DNA of 64,000 nucleotides from Pseudovirgaria hyperparasitica (Eukaryota): NCBI GenBank assembly GCA_010093815.1, contig ML996570.1; one strand, 5' to 3'. Shown piece by piece: positions 39,155 to 51,171 of this stretch (position 1 is its first letter; each line of letters starts with the position of its first letter). The notes under the pieces were generated by a model. It saw only the letters and a program-made list of their open reading frames with translations, ran no database searches and was not told where the DNA came from. The position numbers and the translations under genes were made by a program.

Positions 39155-39559
39155 AACATTAGTATGCTACCTCGATAAAATTGACTGTTAACATTCTAGG
39201 TCCCAGGTGCATGTTGAAATGATTCCCACCTCCTTGACTAGTGGCAACTCGCCACTTTACCACGTCTCTGACTTCATAAGCAGGATGCTCGTTTACACCT
39301 TTTTACCTGGTTCTACATTCCGGACTACTGCGAATCCCACAATGTGTCCTACTTAAGCGCTCTTACTAGAGGCAGCTGCATGTATTGATATGCAATGGTG
39401 CCTGCTGTGTGCGGATGAGAAAGAAGTGTATCTGCTCATGAGAATATGACAGGATTATGATGAATAGGATCTTTACGTCAAATGCGATGTATGTATGTAG
39501 GGTGCCCATGGCACATATAGTAACAACAAATGATATGAAGCGCTCGAGTGTATGATTGC

Positions 39560-40170
39560 GTTGTTCACAACTCTCGCTATGCTACATCGTGCCAGTAATA
39601 AGAACTCTCACGATGCTGTTAGACTGGCTGGTCGCATCTCGCGGATCTGGACAAAATAGTTGGGATGACGACCCAAGAGAATCTGTTATAGGCCCATGTT
39701 TCTGAAAGATACAGTCTCTCCTCAATCCACTTAGTGACCTACTCGTAACGCCCTCGCATTTGACCATTTGTAAGTCTATGATAGACATCCAGGGAAAGAC
39801 CAAGCGATTATTGGAACTTTTTAGAATTAGACATGATAAGGTTCATTAACAAAACTATCTAGTCCAGCTACGGTATATGCATGAATAGCGAGCTTAAGTG
39901 GCCTTATTAGTGAGGCTTACATCAATAGAGCTCTCACAGCATCTACAGACTAATCCATGTACTGTGGAGCGATCATGCTTTTGACCTGGCCTCGCAGGCT
40001 AGTTGTTCCTACAGTGGCAGTAATCATATGAGTTCATCCAGTTTCAAGTAAGTTTTTCCAACATTCTGTTCCGAAATGGCAAGGGTTGTAGACAGGCAAG
40101 TCACGGTCTGCTGCGTGTTTGCAGGGAAATACATCAGCCCAAGAACTCCTTCTTGAAGTTCATGGAGGGC
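39560..40170 (-). pseudogene. Probable decayed gene of unknown family
   Basis: Protein-like reading (LSLDVYHRLTNGQMRGRYE*VTKWIEERLYLSETWAYNRFSWVVIPTIL) interrupted by TAG/TAA/TGA. Confidence 0.4.
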
Positions 40171-40797
40171 TGTCGTGTACACATTAGTTAATGTTTTTCT
40201 ATATAAATTAAAAAGTCTGTATAAGCCTTCTGGAAACTTTTGCTATTCCAAATATTTTATGTAAAACACAGCTTGACGAATCACTTCACTGCCTCAGTTG
40301 CCCCGCCTTGATTGAAGCCCAGCATCGCAAATACAAACCTCCCGGTGTATCTATTATATTATTCCGCTAGTCACGGAAAACTGCCTTAGCTGAGATATGG
40401 TAAAACTTGTCTGCCAAAGAAGTGTTGCAGCTCAAAGCCTCTAGGTCGGTAAGATGAACCTAGTCACGATACGACACGCCGACAAGTAATGCTAAGTACA
40501 CGGAAATAGTTGGAACTGCAGAAGGAGAAGGCTTCGCACTGATGCAGTCGTCAGACGGTCAGACTTGTATATTCTACGGAATGTCCCACCGTTCTCTATG
40601 TCCAGTCCCGGGTATGAGGCATAGCTTTAAATCTCGTCTCCTTTGTTCTTTCCAAGGTATGTGCTACGAGGCCCTGGCACATTTCACTCGATATCTCAAT
40701 GAAAGGAGACTCCTGATGGTCTCCAGGTATGTGAATCATAAAAGTCGTGTCGTTTTCACCACTGTGCGGGAGCGCCTGGAGGAAGGAGAGAAGATCA

Positions 40798-41299
40798 CTA
40801 AGGCTCAGTGTTGCGCACAGGGATGGAGAGCCTCCCTACGAGTTAGCAAAACCGATGTACATACTCACTCTAACCTACTAGCTGATCTCTCTCCTCTTTC
40901 GGTGTCCTCATTGTCGCTCAAACTCGGGAGGTAATGCTGGAGGGTTTTGATGAGATCGTTGAGTCCACTGGGATGATGGACATCATCCCACCAGCGAAAC
41001 AATACCTGTAGGTAGTCTGAGGCTTTCAACTCGCCCAAGGTGCTTGGACTGGTAGCTATGGCACAAAGAACAAATATTTCAGGACTATTAGCCCAGAGTT
41101 CGCGCAAAATAGTGCGTGCTCGCTTCTTTGGAGTATTTCGTTGCACTGCGACCTCTCCAACCATGGCTACTTCCGACGCACGCTTGAGAGACTGAAGCTG
41201 TTTTGTCGACAAAGGAACACACTGGTCGGTGAAGCGTGCTCTCTCTGCTTCCAATAGTTCGCGGAGCTGATCGCTGGTAGCTAGTTGTTTCTGCGGCAT
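40798..41299 (-). CDS. Orphan hypothetical protein A (about 145-150 aa; 3' splicing unresolved)
   Basis: 144-aa ORF with helical, protein-like sequence (KKRARTILRELWANSPEIFVLCAIATSPSTLG); candidate intron GTAGGT..CTAAC..TAG 40878-40836. Confidence 0.6.
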
Positions 41300-42230
41300 G
41301 GATTCTGAGGACTTCAGCGAGATGGTTCGAGGTCAAGTGAGAAGATATGAGATAAACGCCGGTCATATGAAATAAGATCTACGTTCCAGAGTAGAGGTGC
41401 GTGAACAATATCTATATTGGACAAGACAAATAGGGCTTGATCGAGAATGAACAAGGTATGCCTGAATTGTTCGAGTTCAAACGACATGTGCATAGCTTGT
41501 TCGAGATCGCTTGAGCTCATTTGAGCTTTGTCAGTGTCTTAAGAGCTGTCTCAAGTGATCTTGATCTTTACTTCAACTAATTAGAGCACATTCCATGAAG
41601 CAACGTCGTGTCAAGGACTGTACATTCCAAAGCAAGTGGCGGTTGATTTAGACACTACAGCTAAGAGTCACAGGTATAAAATAGACTCCTAGATCTTTGT
41701 ATGGGTAGAAGCATCTTTAACTCGGAAGTCACAAAGACAAATCTACATCAACCAAACAAAGTTAGGCCTGCAGTGCCGTTTTTCTCCTTGTCTAATCCAA
41801 TGACATGTTAGATGTGCGGAAATGCCCGGAACAAGTTCAATTGCTCCCCAAAACACGTGGAAGGAGGCGATGATGAATTGAGATTCAAGCACATTACGAT
41901 GTGTCTGCCTGTGTCAATCAGACTGATGACTACGATGCGGGTCTCGATGAACTGGATGAAGACTGCCCCCGTGTGCAAAGGGGAGACCCCACCTGAGTCA
42001 CCATAGGAATGGGTCTCGCATGGTGTTGATGACTACTGGCTCGCTGTATACAGGTATACAGATAATCGCTGTTAATGCATTCGCTTGGTTACTCAATGAG
42101 GAAACGGTTACCACTGACTAACACCAAAGCGGTTAGCTTGTTGAATGCAGCCCCCTCCTTTATTAGACTTCCCAATTTGCTACACCAATGCTCCGTCTTC
42201 GTATCGATCCTCTCTCTCTGTCTCTTGAAT

Positions 42231-42717
42231 ATGAGCGACCACTCACCAGTTCGTGTCATCATTGCAGTTTGTGTGACTAATATCCCGGGAGAAATAGGTT
42301 ACAGGGTTACGAAGCTTGGCGAAATGTTCTCTAGATCTGTGTTGAACCGGCCTCTTCAGCGAGAGATGTCTGCCACGGTCCGCTTTGATTATGCGCATTT
42401 TTTGGAAGGCTTTGACTCGGAAGAACCGGTGACGAAACATTTTGTTTACGATTTTAATGTCAATGGCGCTATCACACGGTCTTCGCTCAAGGATATACCT
42501 CATCCATACTACATCGCCACATGGGAGGCTGGAGATACCGTGTAGGTATTGAAATACGGATTTCTGTCGCTCTGTTGACAGTTTCAGTTGCTTCATCAAA
42601 CGGAAGTCTGTAAGCAATTCACCTGGCGTCATAGACCGCACCAGTTTTCTACCTTGGGGTGGGCCAGGCTATTGCGCGTTCCTCGCTGAGCATGAAACTC
42701 TTTTGACTTCCATTTGA
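42231..42717 (+). CDS. Orphan hypothetical protein B (146 aa); exons 42231-42541, 42588-42717
   Basis: MSDHSPVRVIIAVCV...VRFDYAHFLEGFD...HFVYDFNV; 46-nt intron GTAGGT..TTGAC..CAG gives the in-frame VCFIKRK...LPWGGPGY...*. Confidence 0.6.
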
Positions 42718-45700
42718 AAAAGCTGGAACTGAAGTACTAGACAGCTTTGTCGTCTAAAAGTACCTAGCAGAAGGGCGACACCAGGTGAGGCGATATGAGC
42801 ACAATGGTTCCTTTGGATATAGTCATGAGAGGACCCATGAAACAGTGTTGTAGTTTTGATGGTCTTCCGAAGACAGTATTGGAGTCCACCGAGTGCATAC
42901 CGAGGAGATTCTTCAAGGCCCGTTGACGAACACAGGTCAGAATAGACCTTCGAGACATGGTTGAACCATTCATTCTCTTTTCTGGTATGAGTTACTTGAA
43001 AGCTTGTGACATGGTAAATCAAGGGTTTCTAGGCGTCAAGGTCGGAGGTATCGTTTGCGACGGCGGTTGGAAGGCTCTAAAACCGAGCTATAGTATAAAC
43101 GAGTAATAGGATATAAATGCCAAGGATATAACGATTAACCTCATGATAAACTAATAGTAGTAGCTGAGAAGATGAGTGATTTGAAGAGTAATAATCATAA
43201 GAGTCAAAAGATTCAAGGACATTTACTATATAGACTAAGCGTTTTATAGCTTAAGTACTATACATCTATCTCCAAGCCGTAGACTACTCTCGCGTAAAAG
43301 CATTCGAGCCTTCGCGACCTGAACAACGATAGTACGGGCGCCGTCACGTTGCGTAACACATATAACGCACCACCTGGTGGCACTATCGATGGCTTGTTGG
43401 AAAAAGCTCTTTATCATTCGTTCCCGACGAAGATCTCGTGTGCCAGGGAACACTGATGACACGGGCGCGGTAATTTGACATTGGGCGCCATGTAGCGGTG
43501 ATTGCAAGCTTCTTACTTGTTGCCATATGCTACGCAGGAGCATTAGGTCAATGAAGTCCCCTTGGTGGCTTCTTCTCTCGCACATTTGTGTCCTTAGTCT
43601 CTGTAACTTCCTGATGTGGGAGGGAGGAGGTTTGGTAGTACCTAACGAGCGACCGACATAAAGAGTGGATATCGGTAGGATCGTTCTAGAGCAGATGTCA
43701 GCTATTGAAAGGGGCTAGAACATAAATATAGGCCTCGATATGCTCGTGACAGTTGTTGCCATTGTGCTCCAAAGTAACTTGCCAGTCCTTTAGTCATTTG
43801 TAGACATCTCCTGCTCTTCCTCAACCCACCGCACCAGGCCACGGAGTTGATGAAAAGTAGAAGGATGAGGATGGAGGAACAAGAGAACAGGCGCAAGAAG
43901 CTGCTCCAGCGCACTCTTAAAAAGAATCCGGGAGGAACTGCTTGCGCCAGTCCTCTTGTTCCGCCATCCTGAGGGTAAATTGAAGTGACGATGTCGGCAA
44001 CCTGTGTAGGTGACTTGGATTTAGCGAAAGGCTAGGCGAACTCCTGGCGCCTGCCAACCTTACTTACAAGGCAACAAGGCTATACTCTTTCACAACTACC
44101 CTGCCCTCGGATATTTGGTATCCATTCCCAACAGGCAGCAGCGCGTATTTATTCTGCCGCTGTTGATCCGGCAAGTGTGCACGGGCCACTCCAAAAATCT
44201 ATATAATCAGCTCACTCCCCTCCGTTCCTCCAACTTTTCTTCTTCATACTTACCTTCCTGACTGGGTCGTTGCTCACGAATAACCTCCTGGTATGGGACC
44301 TGCCTGCATTGCACATCGCGGAGTAGGACCTATATGAATCTCCTTCGGGGGCTTCATTGGGGCAATTTTTGCTGGCTTCATAATTCTTTTCATCACGTCG
44401 TGGCCTTTGTGCTCCGATGAGAGGAAGAGGATCATATATCATTCATCATCCTTGGCTATTGAGATAACTTCCTAACCAGTTAAAAGAGCATCACAATGAT
44501 ATACTGACGGTCATGCTGCTGATCTCAGTTCAGTTCCACGACAAACGCAACTGACAAGCGAGCTTTCGTGGGCCAAGGACCTGGGAAAGCCTTCGCCAGT
44601 ACACATGGGATTCCACACTGAAGCTTTTGAAGATGTGAAAATGCTGACATGCTTCGATAGTTCTATTTCTGACGGCTTGATCTGTGATGGCTTTGATCTT
44701 TAAAAGAAAAATTTAGTCAGGTTTCAGATTTTCCACGCTTGAGGCATGCACGACGCACGCCACTCATGGCCACCAACCACAAAGCCATAAGATAGAAATA
44801 TCTCACACATCTCACTCAAACAGAAAGGACCCTTCAACAGGCCGTCTTCGCATCCTCGCTGCCTATATACACCACGATCATCGCGCGCAACCAGAGAACA
44901 CATCATCACAAAGCACAGGTGGGTCTCGTACAAGAGTCTTGATCATGCCTACGAAAGAAATCTGGCAATGATGGAGGTGGTGGAACATACACAGAAGAGT
45001 ACGGAAAGATGCCCATGATGACATGCCTCCTGTTCTGGATTTTCAGGAAGATCGAGAGCTGCTCCACGCTTTACGGCCCGAGGCTGTCCTAATCCTTCCG
45101 CAATACGAGAAGCAAATCTACGATATCAGCCATATTTAAGGTAAAGATCAGCACTATTGACGAGGATCTGACAAGGCAAGATGGTTACTTTGGGTTCCTT
45201 GTGGCATTTACTTATCTAATAGTTTTCAGAAACGAACCCAAACAGAGCCATCTGGGACCCCCTCGCCCTCAAAACAGATCAGTTTCGGAACACTTTAGAT
45301 AATGATTAGCAAATCTATAAAGCCTCAAGAGCAAGTACTATCTGAGGATCTTCGTTTGTCGAGTCAGGAATAACATGAAAATTCGGGAAAGAAACCACGC
45401 TTTGGACATGGAAGTCTGGGAGCCTCGAATGAGAAGACGTGTTCTTTGAGACACTGAAGAATGTAAAACACTGGTGTATGGAATATCTAATATAACACCA
45501 TCCGGCATGCGACAGTGAAAGAAGTCGGCATCACAGGTAATCTGACGAGAGAAACATACACTTGAAGAAGAGCACATGAAAATTCTCGATTTAAACATGG
45601 ATGTTCATACTGACAAGGTCCCCGACAACCATGCAGGCACTGTGTACATAGCCAATTTCGTTTCATTTTCAGGTCCACAGAGAGAATATGCCATTTAGAT

Positions 45701-45863
45701 ATGAGAGGTTTATTCAGCGTAGTTCATATGGCCTACAACATACTAAGCGGCGCACCAGGGGATATTCTAGCATGCCGAAAAGGGCAGCTCGCGATATACT
45801 CTGACGTCATCATTCAAGCTGAATATCTACAGTGATCTATCTGTTATATACAACTCGACGCAT

Positions 45864-47025
45864 TTATAAGTTAGCATGCCTCTGTGCATTCTTCTCATTG
45901 ACAAGCACATATCGGTAGCGAGCCTTGCCATCTGCAAGATCAACAATGGCTTGGTTCGCATCCTTCAACGAGCGCTCCTGTATCCATGGGTGGACCTTCT
46001 TGTCCGCCGCAAGCTGCAGCATTTCCGCAATCTCGGCAGGTGATCCAATCGCAGAACCACCAACCTTGATACCATTGCCAATGAGAGTGAATGCATTAAT
46101 CGGAGGAAGATTACCGCCGTCAGGGGCACCAACCTGGATGAAGGTGCCCTTCACCTTCAACAGCCCGAGGTAGTGTGTCAACGGCATCTTCTCGCTGGAC
46201 ACCGTGCAGACAATGAGATCAAGTGTGCGCTTGTGCTTCTTCTCCCAGCCTTTATCTTCGCCCGTCGCTATGTATTCGTCCGCGCCGAGCTTCAGCACGT
46301 CGTCTCTCTTGTCGCCCTTTCTTGATATACCAACCACACGGTCTGCACCAAGTGCTTTTGCGAAAAGGACACCGAAATGTCCTAGTCCTCCGACACCAAC
46401 GATACCTACTGTCTTGCCAGGTCCACAGCCATTCTGTTTCAGTGGTGAGAAGACAGTGATGCCTCCGCACAGCATGGGTGCGGCTTCAGCACTGCTCAGG
46501 GCCTTTGGAATAGGAAGTACGAAGTGTCCGTTTGTGCGGTTGTAATCGGCGTATCCGCCGTATGACTTGCCCTCGCCATTCGGATACACGGAGCCATATG
46601 TATTGACAAGCGCCACACCGCAGTGCGACTCATGTCCGCTCGAGCACTCGGCACAGGAGCTTTGCATACAGCTCCGCGCCTGGGCACCCACACCGACGCG
46701 GTCGCCAACCTTGACGTGCTTGACGTTCTTGCCGACCTTGACTGCCCTCCCGATGATCTCGTGTCCTACAACACAGGCTGGGAAGAAATGAGATTAGGAT
46801 GATGTTGTGGATATATGTAGGAACTCGCAATTACTTACGATATGGTGTTGGTCCCCAACCGGAGCTGAGCTGATGCAGATCAGAACCACAGATGCCGCAG
46901 TGTGAGATTTCGATGTCGACGTCGTCTTCTTCCCATTTCTTGGGCTCGAATTTGCCCCATTTCATGTGGCCCTGGACGGATTTCTCGTCCTCGCCGAGCC
47001 AGCCTTGGAATTCGTAGTCGGTCAT
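45864..47025 (-). CDS. NADP-dependent zinc alcohol dehydrogenase (Adh6/cinnamyl-ADH-like); intron 46778-46838
   Basis: CGICGSDLH, GHEIIG, structural-Zn cysteines, AAPMLCGGITVFSPL, GVGGLGH, ARYRYVLVN. Confidence 0.95.
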
Positions 47026-48477
47026 GTTTTAAGGATGTGAATAGAAACGCTAGTACTTGACAGGTGTAAGGAATAATTTGATTAACTGAATAAGGAGGAG
47101 AAGTATGGCGAGTCTATATAACCGCCGAAATGACGAAATGTGACGTGTGTAGGTAGCCGTAGTAGTGCAACATATTTCCCCTACCGTCTCCAGTCTAAAA
47201 TGCCACCACTTATCTCCAGTTCGACTTGCCAAAGACCGCTTATTGCCGTGCAAAGTCCATACAAGTGGAGCTTTTGAACGATCCGATATAAGTCGGCTAT
47301 GCCTTGCTTTCATAATCTAGACAGTCTAGACATGCCGTCTAACCTAGCAGCACGGAACTCTCTACTGTTCGCGGCAAGCTCAACGACTGTTCCATTCATT
47401 TCCTCGTCTTTCGCAAGACGGAACCGTACGCGAAACTACTTCGAAGTCCTCGCCTCCTCGGCAATTGAGTAAGGGTTTTTCTGTCTTCACAGACTAGTGT
47501 GGCGGCGGGGGTGGTCGATGACGACAAGCGTGGAATCTGGCCGACCATGCCGAGATCTCGAGATCGTGTCGACGGCAATGCAGATATACCCTTCAATGGC
47601 ACAGAATACTATATCTCTTGCTCCGCGTATTTTACTTCCTCAATCATGGTCGTTTTCATGTTCTCGAACCGTGCTGCCGTATGTGAGTGAATAGTCTGGC
47701 AAGACGACCTTCGTCATCCATGGAAAGACGAGGGGTTCGCTGTGTAGCGGACAACAAGAGTCTAGGACTTGGAAGAAGCGTCACACAAAACGGGCATTTG
47801 CACGGCTTTATATACGCTGTTCCCGCCATCACAGTGCTCAGATGTCAGCCTCCTGAGCCGCACGTCTGTAACAAGCCATGTCAGCACTAGTAGTCTGATT
47901 ACGTCGGGTGTTTCACAACACAAACAGTACGGTAAGCCATGACATGCCAACATTGAATGTATTCATGGTGAGTTTGTATTTCAAGGGTTTGAATACTTAT
48001 TGAGTAGATATAGATATGCCTAGCCGGACAGATCTGTGATTTCGTTCACAGCGGCATCGCGGCTAGCATCGATTAGAACGAAATGCAAACGGACATATCT
48101 GTTTCCAAAACGAAACTCTAATCCAGAAATGCTAGGAACTATGGCATAGGCTATTCAAAAAAAATTGATATTCGCAACACCGGGACTTGCTATGGCAGTG
48201 TCCTCCTTGCACATTTACGTTACGAAACCAATGCGCTCGGCAATCAAAGTTCACTGTTGCATAGATGTTAACGTCACCTCCGCAAAATAACATGATACAA
48301 GTACCAAAAGTATAATTTATTCATTCAATAAAGCCAAGAACAAAAGTAAACTCGTCATTTATACAAGCCCATCATCCACTCAAGTCAGACACCCCCACAA
48401 AGTATCCAAAGGCGCATAATATACACTCCATCCCTTCACCCCTGACACCACCAACCCACCCATCTCAAAAAGCAACT

Positions 48478-49114
48478 CTACTCCTCCCAGTACTCATCAC
48501 CCTGGTTACGGCACGTGCCAACAACACAATAGTACCCACCACCGGAGTTATTGTTGTTGGGGCTCTTAATAATCGAAGTGCCCCCTGATGGACTGAAGCC
48601 AGTGCACGAGTTATACGCCCCGTTCTGCACCGTGTAGGCCGTGTGGGCAATCTTCTGGAACACACAGACGGTGTCGCCGGGCCCGCCGTTGCAGGTGTAC
48701 GAGTTGCCCGTGGTCCAGGATGTGCTGACGTCGAAGCCGCCGCTGATCCACTCGGCTGGGGAGCCCGTGATTGAGAAGCCGATGGTGTAGGAGCGTGTCT
48801 CGGTTTGGCCGGTGCTGCAGCCGTTTTCTTGGTCGCAGGTGATGGTTTGCTGGGTGGGTTTGTGTTAGTTTTTGGGAGGGGGCTATGTGTTGGGGGGAGT
48901 GGGTGCGTACGGAGAGTTGCTTGTGGAGGTAGTTCTGGTGGGGGTCGCCGTTGCCGACGAGTTGGGTGGAGGAGGACCATTGGCTGCAGGCGCCGTACTG
49001 GCGGTCTTCGAGGGTGTTCTTTGCGGCTTCGGATATGTCTGCTGCAGGGACGGCGACGGCGGAGGTTGCGCTGAAGAAAGCCGCGAGGGCAGTGAGGAAG
49101 GTGATGGATTGCAT
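48478..49114 (-). CDS. Secreted Cys-rich protein (191 aa, 8 Cys), candidate effector; exons 49114-48911, 48849-48478
   Basis: Signal peptide MQSITFLTALAAFFSATSA, pro-region ending LEDR|Q, in-frame intron GTACGC..CTAAC..CAG, TATAAA about 120 nt upstream. Confidence 0.88.
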
Positions 49115-50649
49115 GGCGGCGGTGGAGGTGGTGGTTGGCTACTGGAGTAGAGATGGAGGCTGACTTGAGGTTCTTGAAGTGGATGATTGAGCTGTGGATG
49201 ATGTTCGAAATGGCGGCAATCTGTCGTCTCTTTATACTTCGAGATGTTGTATACTCGAGGCCCGGAAACATTACTCTCTACCCACAAATCTGCCCATGAT
49301 CATCGTTTCAAAGTGATCACCAGTGTCCTAATCCAGCATGCCATGAGCCATGACGATGCTCGTGTTCCTCGTACCACACACTATCAAAAATTGAAGCCTG
49401 AAGGATCAGCCTCCTCGTCATGCGTACTAGGTTACAGGCAGAGCCTCAAGGTCGTAGCCAGCCAGTCGTATGTGACAATTCATATGCAGGGACATCGACT
49501 AGAACCTGAAACGGCTTTTTGGCGTTTCCATGTTTCCATTTATATCCCACAATCCCTGGAGAACATTCTACCCCAGATCCACTTTGAACGCCACACTTGA
49601 GCCTCTAGGTTTGGGGGCTAGTTATATGTATGGATGTTTGTGCTGCTGGGCGCATGTCGCTCCACTTACTCTGCAAGCAACGTGAAATTCCAACATCTCC
49701 ACGTTTGACGATCCTTTGCAAAGCTTGCAACTCCGGCACGTTTAGTATGATTCTTCTCGTTGCGCAAGGATGTGACCTCAATTGCCTTCTGTGTCGGAAC
49801 CTACGTGTTTGTGCGAAAGATGTAGTAGACATTCTTCACACGTAGGTTGCAAAGTATGTTCAGCTGGTATCAATGCCCAAGAGACATCCCACAAAGTATC
49901 ACAGACAGTGAGCCATTACGCCTCGGTTGTAGTCAAGACATCATTTCGAAATCCGGACAAGCCCCTAAAAGAGCCACTTCGGGCTTGGCGTCTGTTGGAC
50001 CCTTCCTAAGTCTTATTTTGACATTCCCCGCCTCAAAGACTACCAGCGTCGATCTCCACGCGACGTTTGCACGCTATAACTAATGTAGCAGACGCCGACG
50101 TGTAATTAGCTCACGCCTGGGGCTAACCAATTTGAACAAATCCCCGTTGCTGCTGTTTCTACGTAGATCTTGCTACATCGTGGGGAACGCCATGATCAAG
50201 TGGCTTGCGTTTCGAAACCGTAGACCCGGCCTCTGGGTTGCAGGTGTGGGGATCGACAGTTGGATGTCTGCTGTCAGACCGTTTGACAGGGAAGTCAACG
50301 TAAATGTGTGTTTGGGTGGTGGTGCAAAGAGTGTGGGGATCGAGATGGGGTATGACGATTAGTTTTTGATGGCTATATGAGTCTGTGTTTGTGCTTTGGG
50401 TCGTATGCCTTGTCGCGTAATTGTGTTGATGGTTCACGACGTCTAAGCGATTCATGAATTGCCGATCATGTGCTAAAAAGGATAAAGAAGAGATGCTGTC
50501 CAATGATGATAATATCTTGGAATAAGTATAGTGAACATGGATGCAAAGAATGCCTTGGAGAAACTCCCCAGGATGCCTCGCTTAAGCTGACTGGCCCCCA
50601 AAGTCCGCCACAAGCTCAGACCCTCTTAAGGAAACACCACGCTTATTCA

Positions 50650-50860
50650 TAAGCGGATAAGCGCTCATGGATCTAATTATCTTCTGAGCCTTTCTAGTCT
50701 TCTAAGTCTTTCTAAAGACTAGGCTAATAGAAGCTCCATACCAGAGATCTAGCTTACTTATTAAATCTTTCCTTGAAGAGGGTTTAAGACTGTTTAGTTA
50801 CTGTTTAAATACAATTATATTACTTCTTGCTAATAACTATACTTTCGTTGCATTTCTTGT
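50650..50860. other. Short AT/TpA-rich RIP-like relic
   Basis: Abrupt AT-rich, CTA/TAG-dense patch. Confidence 0.4.
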
Positions 50861-51171
50861 TTGATTCTTGAGCGAGATGGTCGTAGACAATGTAGGTAAC
50901 GAGGCGCCGTGCGAACGGTTGACAGGTTGATTCACGTTGAAACACAGACTAAGCTTTCATACGTGGAGAGGAGGTTGTTGAAAGATTGAGTGCCAAGGGT
51001 CTGAAGCTTATTCTAATCTGGAAGGGCAATGGGCTGTACAGTATAGGGGAATTGATTGGATGAGGCCATGCTACGCCGCAGTCTGGGACAAAAACTTCAA
51101 CTAATTACCTGACACTTCTATTTGATAACAACCTTGGCAATTTATATTCCCACCTCTCAACGTTCCACACC

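Noticed and set aside
36750..45800. Intact Starship or other transposon
   Set aside because: No tyrosine recombinase (DUF3435), transposase or RT ORF, and no terminal repeats or target-site duplications identified by eye
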